Assembly (NCBI GenBank): GCA_048213135.1 | Contig: PS015314.1 | Location: forward strand, 32,515-72,227 | DNA from: Reclinomonas americana ATCC 50394 | Taxonomy: Eukaryota | Direction of reading: 5' to 3' | Length of the DNA: 39,713 nt | Shown here: positions 1 to 11,400 of the stretch, piece after piece | How positions within the stretch are numbered: the first letter of the stretch is position 1 | Layout: each line of letters opens with the position of its first letter | Notes under the pieces: model-generated | Told to the model about the DNA's origin: nothing | The model's input: the letters and a program-made list of their open reading frames with translations, nothing else | Databases searched by the model: none | Program-made: the position numbers and the translations under genes

Positions 1-19
1 AGAGAGAGAGAGAGACGAG

Positions 20-79
<60 letters not shown>

Positions 80-117
80 GCGCAAGTAACAAGATTTGCA
101 AGCGCAATCTTTCTCAC

Positions 118-1839
118 CAATGGCACCGGCAGACACCAACTTGAAGACGCGGACGGCCTTGGTCTGCCCGAGACGATGCGCACGGTCCTACTCGTAGCAA
201 AGTGAGATGCAGCTCAGCAGACACACCGCAACCATCACCACCCACCTGTGCCTGCAAATCGACTTGCGGATTCCAGTCCGTGTCATCTGTGAAGGCAACA
301 GTCAGCACCTGGTATGCTCAATGGCAGCCAGTAAGACGCACAGAACACGACCACATCTGCAACGAGAACAATCAGCAACATGAAGAAACACCACAGCCGT
401 TCCTCCCTCACACGTACCGGCGGCAATCAAGTTCAGACCGACGCCTCCAGCGCGCGTGCTCAACAGAAACACAAATGGCACATCGTCGCCACTGGCATCA
501 GCGGAGGACTTGCCCTTGCCGGCGCCGCCGTCGAGGGTCATTTGCCGCGAACGCTTTGGTGCATCGCTGTCGGCGGCAGGTGAGGCCGGTGAGGCGGCTG
601 CGGTGGTGGTGGTGGCGGCTCTTGGTGTGGAGAAGTGGGAGATGGCGGTGAAGCGCTCTTCGCCGCGGACGGATCCGTCGAGGCGCTCGTATCTGCGAAG
701 GAGGGAAGGGAATAGAGAGGAGATGAGAAGGAGAAGAGGAAGGGGAGATGAGAAGGAGAACAGGAAGGGGAAAAGAAAGGTGCGAGTGGAATGCCTGAGA
801 CATGCAACCACGACAGCAGCAACAAGCGGTGAACACGCAACTTCCACCGACGCAGATGCAAGTAGTCCTGCAAAATGTCGAGCATGGCGGTGAACTGCGA
901 AAACAGCTGCACCGAGATGTTCAGCTTTGTGGCGAACACACATAGCACGAAGAAGGGTGACAGTACACACCAGAACGCGATGGCCGGCGCGCTTCAGTCG
1001 CATGAGGAGCTTGTCGAGGATGATCACTGCAAGCCATCATCGTTAGGAATCGCGTGCACACACACAACGACCATGACATGCACGCAACGCTTGGTGGAGG
1101 CCACAACGAGGTGCTCGCCGAGTCGGAACGGCTCCGGCTCCACGCCCTCGAAGAGGTACGGGTGACCGGCGCACTTGCGCAGTTGCATGACGACTGCGCA
1201 CGGAGAGTGAGTTCAGCACAAGAACACTCATTCACAAATGCAACATCACCGTTCAGCATGTTGGCCTTGCTGGGACCCGTCAGCAGCTCCGGGAGTGTGC
1301 GCTCGAGGATGCTCTTGTAGATCTTGCGTTGTAGCGCGGTGAGGGGGGCGCGGAGGGTGTACTCGGCCTTGGGCGGGAGCGTGAGGTCTTTGCCGACGTC
1401 GATTTTGCGGCGGCGGAGGAGGAAGGGGCGCTGAGCGAGGGAAAGGGTGAGGGGGAGAAGGGGGAAGGGGGAGACAGGGGAAAGAGGGAGGGGTGAAAGG
1501 GGAAGGGGTGACGGGAAAGAGAAGGCAGGGAAAGGGTGATGGGGAGAATGGGGAAAGGGTGAGGGGAGAGGAGGAAAGGGGATGGGAGAAGGGGGAAGAG
1601 AGAAAGGAGAAGTGCGAGGGAAAGCAGGGAATGGATGATGTATACTCTGCGATAAATTAACACAGAAAATAGGGGTAGCCGACAGTATCGTGTATTCAGC
1701 ACGGTGAGAGAGACGGACGGGCCTGGTAAAAGGCTGACAAGGGGAGACTGACAGACAGACAGGCAGACAGGCAGATAAAAAGACAGATAGACAGAGAGAC
1801 AGACAGCCAGACAGAGAGACAGAGAGTTTGAGAGAGAGT

Positions 1840-1877
<38 letters not shown>

Positions 1878-4800
1878 GAGAGAGAGAGAGAGAGACAGAC
1901 AGAGAGTGAGAGACAGACAGACAGAAGACCACAAGACAGACAGACAGACACAGACAGAGAGAGAGATACAGACACAGACAGAACGAGAGAAATGGTAGGG
2001 AGAAAAAGAAGAAAGAAACAGCGAGAAAAACAGTGAAAGACAAGGAGAGTCGCACACACGGACGGAGAGAAGAAGGGCGCGTCAATGATGGACAGATGAC
2101 ACATGAACGAGACAAGGGGCGATAGAGTCAACGAATGCGAGAGTGACTGAGCTACAAAGAGAGAATGGCCATCCACTGTCGACACGTACCAACACTTCAT
2201 GCAGCTCCTGCGCTCCCTCGCCACCGGTGCCCTCGTCGGCTTGCCGATATCTCCGTGAAAAGTCTCGCACATCGTAGAACCTGCACAAAAGGATATGAGA
2301 AACTGGTGTGCCCAGAGGCGACATTGGAGGAGTGCAGCAGCGACACGAGTGGAAGCACATGACAAAAGAAGAAGAATGCACTGACACCACAGGACTACAG
2401 CAACGATAGCAAGACATGAGGAGTGCACAGAAAACTATCACCGACAGAGGAGGAGGAATGCAAGAAAGAATACACCACGGACACAGAGGAAGAAGAGTGT
2501 AATGTCGACAGCGGAGAAGCGCAATACCAACGAGCGAGAAGTAAAGAAAGTAGAGCGAGAATGGAGGAGGGCACATGAGGAATGAAGCAATGGGGAAGTG
2601 TGCAGCGGCAACAAATGAGAGATAACTAAGGAGGAGCGTGCATGAAGGTCACGCAACTTGTTGTGATCCAAGAAATGCAGGATTGACCACAGCTCTGAAA
2701 AGACAAGTCAGGCAGCGCACCAACTAGAAACTGAACAACATGACGCACCGCCAATGTTGTTCTGCAGCGGCGTGCCGGTGAGGAGCACGCGCCGTGGCAT
2801 CTCGTACTCCTCCGTCAGCTTCTTGAAGAGCTGACTCTTGTGGTTTTTCAGTCGATGTGCCTGTCAAAGGTAAAACAGTTGGATCAGCGAAGGGAGACGA
2901 GAGAGAGAAGGAGCGTCACTGCTGGAAGTCGACTGTGTACGTGTGCGAGAAAGCAGGAGAGCAGCGTCAAGGGCAAGAACTGAGGAAGCTCAGGGGGTGT
3001 GCAGAATAGAGAACAGGGCAATTGTGTCTGCAGCGGGCAGCATAGTTGGGAAGGCCAGCACTGGTAGTGACGGGCAAGAACTGATGGTGCGAGTGAGAAA
3101 GAAGGAGTATAGGAGGAGATGAGTGATTGCAACTGCGTCTGCGGTGAGCAGCCTAGTGGTACAGTCAACACGGGCAGTGACGGGTACGAATTGATGGCGT
3201 GTGAGACAGAAGGCGCAACGAGTGTGTGCCCAATGGGGACGAAGAGAGCAGCTATACCGCGAGGATAGAGAAGGAATGAAGACAAGCGAGAGGAACTGCG
3301 ACATAAATCGACAAAGGATGAGAAGGCACATTCGGCAACACGAGAGACAAACAACGAGAGAAAGAATGACGTCTCTCTCTCTCTCCCTCTTTCCCCATTC
3401 CTCCCCCTTCGCCACCCCGCCCACCTCATCCACCACCACCATCCTCCACATAAACCGACTGAGAAAATCGACCTCCAGCAAGCAATAATCGTATGTCGTC
3501 AGCAGCACGTCAAACGGCAGATCCGGATCCCGTCGCTTCTCTTTCGGCTGCTGCAGCACGCACCGCAGCACCTCCTGCTCCACGGCCTCGCGGTCCTTGC
3601 GCTCTCCCGCGTATGTCACCACGCGCAGAATGCCGGGGCTGAGTGTGCGCGAGAATTCGTCGCGCCAGTTGCGCAGCAGGGAGAGCGGCATGATGATGAG
3701 GAAGGGTGGGCGGATGTTGCATTCGCGGTAGAGGGCGGCGAGGAAGGTGATGGTTTGGATGGTTTTTCCGAGGCCCATTTCGTCGCCTGAAAAGGGGGGA
3801 AGGGAGGGGGAGAAAGGAAAGGGAGTGGGAAGGGAGGGAAGGGAGTGGGAGTGGGAGGGAGAACAGTGAGAAGGAGGGAGAGAAGAGCGTGAGACGGAAG
3901 AGAGAGATGGAACGAACAATAGAGGAGAAGAACAAAGAATGGATGAAAGGGAAAGAAAGTGAATTCTTCGTCCATTCTTCTCCTGCCTCTCCTCGTCCTC
4001 CTCGCCCTCTCAAACAGACACAACACACAGGTTGAGTGTCCCGATGTGAAGGAGACGAACGAACAGAAACACTGAGAGAGCGAGAACAAGAGGAGAAAGG
4101 AAGGAAAAGACTTTGCAGGCAGAAGCACACAGACAGGATGAGACGGAGACGAATGAGAAAGTAAGAGAGGCAACAGCGCGACAGAGGCACAGGGTGGCTA
4201 AAGAGACAAGGGAGAAAGAGGCAAGCATCAACCAAGAGAGAGAAAAGGAGGCAACGGGAGCAAAGGAAGAAGAAGAAAAAGAAGAACAAGAGCAATTGAA
4301 GAGGAGTGAGGAGGAGAAGAGTAAGGGCGAGGACGACGAAGAGCAGCGAGGAGGAGGAGGAGGGATGAGACAACAAGAAGAAGATGAAGAAGAGAACCGG
4401 ACCAATGAGGAAGAGGAAGACAAGTTGATGACAATGCAGAAGATGAACAACCCAAGAAGGAGAGGGAGAAGAGCAAGGAGAAGGAGAAGGGGAAGACGGT
4501 GAACAAGAAGAAGATGCAAAGAGAGGGACAAGACAAGAACAAGAACAATAAGGCGAAAGGAGAGCAAGGAGGCGGAAGAGGAAGACAGAGGGGTGGAATA
4601 AGAGGAACTTTAACAAGAAAGACGAACAAGAGGGAGAAGGAGAAGAGGAAGAGGAGAAGAACAAGAAGAAGAGACAGTCAAGAGAGACAACATGTGATGC
4701 TCTCCTTTCTCCGACATCAATGCACGCACACAATGCACACAATGCACAATGCACACTCACCCAACACACAATTGACTCCGCTCTGCACGCGCTCCAGCAA

Positions 4801-4959
4801 CCAGTTCACACCCGACAACTGATACGCCTTCAGTGTGATCGGAGGCGCATTGCCCTTCTCTCCACCACTCCCAATGTAATCCGGCTGGCGTGAGAGCTGA
4901 ATGATGGAGGCGTTGGTGGTGTGCCGAGAGACCCAAGGCGCAACAGCAGTGGAGGTCAT
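118..4959 (-). CDS. CHD1L: SNF2-family chromatin remodelling ATPase, CHD1L/ALC1-like (3' end runs off the window start)
   Basis: Phase-consistent GT-AG exons 4959-4761, 3786-3425, 2860-2749, 2694-2658, 2280-2190, 1430-1250, 1193-1089, 1026-971, 906-842, 692-418, 356-342, 286-246, 187-118. They give [113 protein letters not shown] and DGSVRGEER are CHD1L-type signatures; the macro domain would lie outside the window. Confidence 0.88.
1745..1990. repeat. (CAGA)n/(GA)n compound microsatellite in a CHD1L intron
   Basis: Visible acagacagac and gagaga tracts; source of spurious SVCL-repeat ORFs. Confidence 0.9.
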
Positions 4960-5830
4960 GTCTCTCTCAAGAAAAGAAACAAAAGGGAAATGCAAAGGTC
5001 GATGTCGAGGTCGATGTCGACTGTCGACAACCAGAGTGCGTGTGTCCGGTGGAGGCAACAACCGCAACAACTATGCTGATGCTAGCAGCAACACATAGCC
5101 GCATGATGGTGATCACCAGAGAAGGAGACATGACGATAAGTAAGCGAAAAAAGTCAAATAATTCGATCGCGATATCGATCTCTTTGCGGTTCGTTCTCCG
5201 AGCTTGTGTACAGTACCTTGCAATTGTCAATGTGTTACGGAAACCATGCACGCTGGCGACCAATGAATGCAACTGTTCAACCACGATTACTGCGGTNNNN
5301 NNNNNNNNNNNNNNNNNNNNNNNNNNNNNNNNNNNNNNNNNNNNNNNNNNNNNNNNNNNNNNNNNNNNNNNNNNNNNNNNNNNNNNNNNNNNNNNNNNNN
5401 NNNNNNNNNNNNNNNNNNNNNNNNNNNNNNNNNNNNNNNNNNNNNNNNNNNNNNNNNNNNNNNNNNNNNNNNNNNNNNNNNNNNNNNNNNNNNNNNNNNN
5501 NNNNNNNNNNNNNNNNNNNNNNNNNNNNNNNNNNNNNNNNNNNNNNNNNNNNNNNNNNNNNNNNNNNNNNNNNNNNNNNNNNNNNNNNNNNNNNNNNNNN
5601 NNNNNNNNNNNNNNNNNNNNNNNNNNNNNNNNNNNNNNNNNNNNNNNNNNNNNNNNNNNNNNNNNNNNNNNNNNNNNNNNNNNNNNNNNNNNNNNNNNNN
5701 NNNNNNNNNNNNNNNNNNNNNNNNNNNNNNNNNNNNNNNNNNNNNNNNNNNNNNNNNNNNNNNNNNNNNNNNNNNNNNNNNNTAGGCATGCACGCTTATA
5801 CGGTGAAGATCGCAGTTCTCGACTTGTTCG

Positions 5831-5964
5831 GAGCTCCGAGAGCGAACACACACACACACAAGGAACCCGCTGCTGCCTCAAGATTGGTGTCTGTGTTGAT
5901 GTTTTGGATATGGTTGAACTTGGGTCATCAAGACAGCTGTTGTTTGTTGGTGAATGAATTCTTG
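5831..5964 (+). repeat. Dispersed ~130-bp repeat, copy A (inverted copy B at 36076-36208)
   Basis: gagctccgag...cacaaggaaccc...ctgcctcaagattggtgtctgtgttgatgttttgg...tcatca...ggtgaatgaatt aligns by eye to the reverse complement of 36076-36208. Confidence 0.75.
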
Positions 5965-6099
5965 TTTCTTCGATATCTACTGCAGATCTCGAGCCAGCTC
6001 GTCAACGTGTATCTGCAGCGCAGCGCTTTCGTGCTTCATTCTGTGCGCATCAATGAAGTGGCTTCATGGTATCCGCCGAGCTTGTTAGAGCCCAACTAC

Positions 6100-6372
6100 A
6101 CCGAAACTGTCGTTGTGTAAATGCTTCGTTTACAGCATCGATCACAAATGTGCCTCCTCGTGTTGGCCATCGGCATGCACCCAAGTTCTCCTCCTCCACA
6201 CTCACCACTCCCCTCACTGTAGCACTCTCACACACCTCACACAATGCAGCACATTTCTGAACGTATCGCTTGTGTAGACGATCATTTACAGCTCGATCAC
6301 AATCACAAATGTGCCTTCTCGTGTTGGCCATCGGCATGCACCCAAGTTCTCCTCACCCCACACTCGCCACTC
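6100..6372 (+). repeat. Tandem duplication (~161-bp period) of TANGO2 5' flank, first exon and donor
   Basis: atcacaaATGTGCCTCCTCGTGTTGGCCATCGGCATGCACCCAAgttctcctc at 6141 recurs near 6302 with one synonymous change (CTC/CTT). Confidence 0.9.
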
Positions 6373-7532
6373 TGAAGCACCCACTCACACACTCCACACA
6401 GCATTCCCACTGGTGTTGGCCTTTAATCGCGATGAAGTACCAGTGCGTCTCTCCTTCCCTCACTTCTCCCCCACTCTCACTCACCCACTCACAGGGCCGC
6501 GACAGTGAACCCGCCTCCATCGACCCCTCCACAGGCATCCTCCGCCCACTCGACATCAAAAGCCAAGGCTCCTTCATCGCTCTCAACACCCATACAGGTC
6601 CACACACAGACACACACACACACACACACTCTCTCTCTCTCACTCTCGTGACTCAAAGGTCGCCTTGTTGCTCTCACCAATTACGACGATCGAGTGAGCG
6701 ATGTCGTGGCGCCACCTGCACCAGGCAGCGGAGCCCGATCGCGAGGACAACTCGTCGTGTTGAGTCTCTTTTCCCCGCACTCCCTCTCCTTCCATCTCCC
6801 TTCTCACTCACTCCCTCCTCACAGCAACATCGCCAGTGGAGACGAGTCGCCCGACGACATTGCCGAGTGGCACCGCTTCCACGGCTTCTCACTGACCACC
6901 TGCAACGTGTTTGCGCCTCTGGAGCACGAGGTCCTCGTCGTCACCAATCGCCCTCTTTCCACACACGACAATGAGGAGATCCCGCGACGCACTCTGCGCC
7001 CGCCTCTGCTGCTGGCCGTGTCGAATGGATCGGTGTTGGACGAGGCCACGCACGGACCCAAGACGCAAGTGGTGCGCGATGGACTGCAGCGTTTGCTGGA
7101 GTCACTGCAGGCGAGTGAAGAGGACGAGTCGGCACTGGTCGAGCAGCTGTGCGATGGCTTGGCGGAGCTCATGTTTCGTTGGTGATCTATAGGCAGCAAC
7201 GACACTGTGCTTTGCTTAACAAGGAGCGCAGGTCTGATGCCGATGCGCCACCTGTGGACGAGCGGATCCGCGATGCGACGCTCTTCCGACCCGGTGTGTA
7301 TCGCGACGAGCATGAGCTGGTGTGCTGTCAAGCGGTGTTTGTGCGCGGTCACGAGCCAGAGCACTTGGCGGCGTCGTTTTCGACCGTGTCGCAGACGATG
7401 GTGGTGCGCACGGCGTCGGGCAAGGTGGTGTGGTGGGAGCGGGAGACGCCGCCGGGGAGGGCGAGGAGTGAGTGGAGTGAGTGGCGGGTGGTGGAGGTGG
7501 AGGTGGTGCGGGGGAGGGAGTGTACGCCGTGA
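6309..7532 (+). CDS. TANGO2: TANGO2/NRDE (DUF833) family protein
   Basis: Exons 6309-6345 (or duplicate 6148-6184), 6402-6442, 6495-6597, 6659-6758, 6825-7172, 7232-7532. Product: MCLLVLAIG...LVLAFNRDE...GRLVALTNY...SRGQLV...AVSNG...FSTVSQTMVV. N-terminal MC, NRDE, TN, SRG and SN motifs match the family; the last donor (7173) is less certain. Confidence 0.88.
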
Positions 7533-8103
7533 GAAAAGAATGATGAAAAGGGTGCGACGTCGAGGTCCATCTTTATTTGTCCGACGCGTTTCGTTTTGCA
7601 CTTTGTCGGTGAGCTGCGGATGCACTCAGTGGGTGTGTGTGTGTGTGTGAGTGAGAGAAAGAGAGAGACACAACTGAGTCATATACGCGACTTTGTGAGA
7701 GAAGCGGTGATACGTGATGGAGATGAAAGCGGAAGTGAAATAGATTTCATCGCGCATTGTGTGGACAGAAGAACAGTGAGCGACGGGTTTGAGTTGCACC
7801 GCAACGCGTTGCTTGTTTCTCTGTGAGCGTGCATGTGTGGAGAATGCAAACGGAGTGCGATTACTGAACGGACTCATCATCTCAATCTGCCTTGTGCGTG
7901 TTTTCCCAACTCTCTCTCTCTCTCTCACTCGCTCGCTCGCTCGCTCTCTCAACATGAACGATGAATCTTCTGTGGCATATCAAGACGTCTTCATTTCAGC
8001 GCAGATTCTTTCCGTGCCTGCGTCTTTCTCTTTCCCCCTTTTTCCTTCCTCCCCTTTCCTTCCAGCTCTCTCTCTTTCTTTCTTCTTTCTTTCTTTCTTT
8101 CTT

Positions 8104-8159
<56 letters not shown>

Positions 8160-8276
8160 CTACTACTNNNNNNNNNNNNNNNNNNNNCCGTCGTCGTACG
8201 TACGTACGTACGTACGTACGTACGTACGTACGTACGTACGTACGTACGTACGTACGTACGTACGTACTACGTACTA

Positions 8277-8348
<72 letters not shown>

Positions 8349-8364
8349 TTTTTTTCTTCTTCTT

Positions 8365-8410
<46 letters not shown>

Positions 8411-8465
8411 CGTATGCACAGTCCTTGCTGATAATGATTCTCTCACCCACTCAGCTCCAATATTA

Positions 8466-11400
8466 ATGGCTGCCGCCGCCGATGCTGCATCTCCGTCTGT
8501 CACCGCCAGCTCGGATGGCATTCGCAGGTACTTTGTCATGCAGATCGCTCGCTGTGTCATCATCGCCATTTGCTCACCACCATGTTCTGCAGCGACGGTG
8601 AACTGCAAGCCGCGAGGTAGGTGTTTCTTTACTATCATGTGCGTGTGTCTTTGCTCATCCCTTGCATCACAGTACTGTGAACATGGGACTGGAGGTGACC
8701 GAGGCTGCTCTTCGACTGCGATGTCAACGTGCGCTGGCCGAGTTCAGTCGCACTCACATCGACTTTGATGTGCGCGCCTGGCTACCCAAGTACACACCGT
8801 CGTGCTGGAAGCCGGATGATCCGGCAGTGAAGGACTGGCGTCGACGGCACACACCTCTCCATCCGCAGTTTGTCAAGTTGGACGACAAGAAGCGTGATTG
8901 TGTCATGGAGTGGCGCAGTGCATTCGAGGCAGATCGCGATGCCGACCCGCCATGTCATGGCTTCGATACGACTGCTCTAACCTCCATTCTGCTGTACGGT
9001 GGATGGGTGGACGACAGTGGTCGTGCATTCATGCTGCTTGACGACGACAAGGAGCGCGAGGCCGTGAAGCAGATTCGCGCTTTACGCAACGAGGTGGCGC
9101 ACGAACTGTCGAATCCAAAGACGAGTGTGGAAGCTGCGGTTCTGCGCAATCTCGCCAAGGACGGTGCCTTTCTCCGTGTTCTTTCTGGCCTGTGTCTGGG
9201 CGACGACAGTGAGGCGTTCTGCGGGCGGATTCGCTGGGCACATCAACTGGCGCTGCGCCAGCTTGCCAGCGACACTGTCATTTTCAGAAACGTGAATCAG
9301 CTGGACGGGTTTCCGTTTCCCAGTCGCGTTGTCGAGGCCGAGCGACTTGCGGAGCGACTGCTTCAATGCGAAGTCGGTTTGTGGATGATGCACGTTCCTC
9401 TCTCTCTCTCGATTCGCTTGCTTACATTGTGCTCGTGGTGAGCAGGTGATACTCCCGGAGTGATTGTGCTCTCTGGTGAGGGAGGGAGCGGCAAGACCAC
9501 ACTGGCCGAGTTGATTGTGTCGCAGATGGAGCGGCGCGAGTGGCGTGGCTCAGCGGTCTACTCCGACATGCGCGGTCATACAGGCGATGAAGAGCAGTAC
9601 ACCTCGGTGAGTGCGCTTGTGCTTGTGGATTTGTGTAACGTGAAGCCCGCATTGTTGGTGGTCACGGCATGTGTGTGACACAGGCCATTGACATGCTCGG
9701 GAGTGCATTGCGAGGATTTGCAAGCGTCATGGCATCGGAACGATCAAAGACAGAGTTGCTGGCGCATATCGATCTGTGGGAGAAGGGCGGAGAGGTGGAA
9801 ATGATGCGCAAGCGCCTGGGCGATCTCATGGCGGACACTCGTGGAGTGTTGCTGCTGGATAATGTGGGCAGTGCAAAGCAAGTACTGGATATTATTCGAC
9901 CGTATCACGGTGTGTATGATTGTGCGTGCTCTTGACTTTGAGGTGTCAGTCTCACTCACCATCCACTGTAATGATGATGCAGGGACGCGCCGATTGACGG
10001 CATCGATGATAATTCTGACGACTCGATTCAACCGAGTTGCCGAGCAGCTGCAGCAATCGCCGGTGCTGGGCTCAGCCTCGGTCATGCGTGTGTCGGTGGG
10101 TGACGTGGAAGCCGACGATGTGGCGCAGTATGTGCGCCAGCAGATTGATGCACCGGAGGAGATTTGTCGTGAAGTGGCGGAAGCGGCTGCGGAGCAGCCA
10201 CAGGCTTTTCGCGTTGCTCTCTGCATGAGGTTTGTGTATTGTGTGTTGATCTTCTTGTGCACACATGGTGAGTGACAAGTATACACATGCAGCATGCTGG
10301 AACGAGAGCCTCTGGAGACATTGGCGAGCGATGAGTTGCATGTGCGTCTGGCGGAGACTCGAACACTGGCTCTGGAGGATCTGATGGCCAAGAATCTGTC
10401 CAGCTGCTCGCCGCTGATGCGACAAGTGTTGCTGCTTGTGACGGCACTGCAACAAATGCGGTTGCATAGCACGCGTCGTATGGTGATGCTGCTCGTGCTG
10501 GTGTTCGGGAGTGAGGTTATGTCGGAGTCGGGAGCTTGGGTGCGGCAACTGACGGAACGGTGCGAAAGTGAGATTACTGGTGGCTTAGGTGACGGCGACT
10601 GCAAGGGCGATGTGACACAGGCGCTGGAACTGTTGCGTCGGTCAATGCTGCTGCAGGCCAGGTCAACACTGTCGTGTGATGCAGTGTGTCGGATGGTGAC
10701 TGGTGACGAGTTTTCCATGGAGCAATCGAGATTGGAGTACTACGCGCACGATATCGTGATGGAGTGGCTGGTGTCTGGCGGGCGCGAGCGGGGTGCACTT
10801 GGGTGCTGTGATGCGATTACTGATATTGTTCTCAGTGGCTTGGCCTGTGTAGGCAGTGGTGAGATCGGCAATGTGACCGAGGACATGCTAATTGATGTTC
10901 GCCCGTGTCTGCAAGTTGTATGGAGCCAGTTGCTGTCGACTATGCAGCGTGGGTGGATGCAAGGTGCTTTGCCTGCCGCGATGTCGAAGATGCGATTTGT
11001 CGGTGTGCAGTGCCTGGCATGTTTGGCGGAGACGCGTCTCCCGGTCGGCGATTTTGGTGCAGATGTGGCGATAGCATGTGCTCAATGGCTGAGAGAGCGG
11101 CAACTGGATCAGACGGATCGTGACGTGTTGCACTGGAGAGCAGAATGTGTAGCGGCGCTGCTGACGAGTGCACGTCGTGACGATGAAGCAGCCGAGTATT
11201 TGAAAGAGTACCTTACCACAGTGGAAGTCACTGATGACAGAAAAATGATTGCAATGCTTCTGCATCGGTGCGGATGTTGTCTACAGACTGTAGGCAAACT
11301 TCCCGAGGCTGAGCGACTGTACCGCGAGGTGTTGACGTTTAGACGTGAGGTGCTAGGTGACAGGCATCCAGGTACGCTTGCATCCGTGAGCAATCTTGCT

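Noticed and set aside
2289-2296. ATATCCTT (U12-like donor) on - in CHD1L; another at 37699-37706
   Set aside because: The first lies in the pyrimidine tract just before a normal AG acceptor and the second is antisense within an intron; neither is needed for a reading frame.
3920-4700. Long ORFs rich in S/L/F or E/R/K (for example 3510-4769, 4113-4502), and similar ones in 16865-17974, 30076-31120, 33628-34338
   Set aside because: Translations of low-complexity intronic repeats.
5297-5782. ORFs spanning N-runs (also 15934-16438, 25697-26641, 37191-37564, 38499-38697)
   Set aside because: Assembly gaps; nothing can be inferred from them.
8189-8280. (TACG)n tandem repeat, also at ~23746-23830, 25600-25650, 26642-26690, 28190-28370
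   Set aside because: Always beside N-gaps and microsatellites and matches the 454 flow order TACG; most likely read-end noise, not a telomere, satellite or CRISPR.
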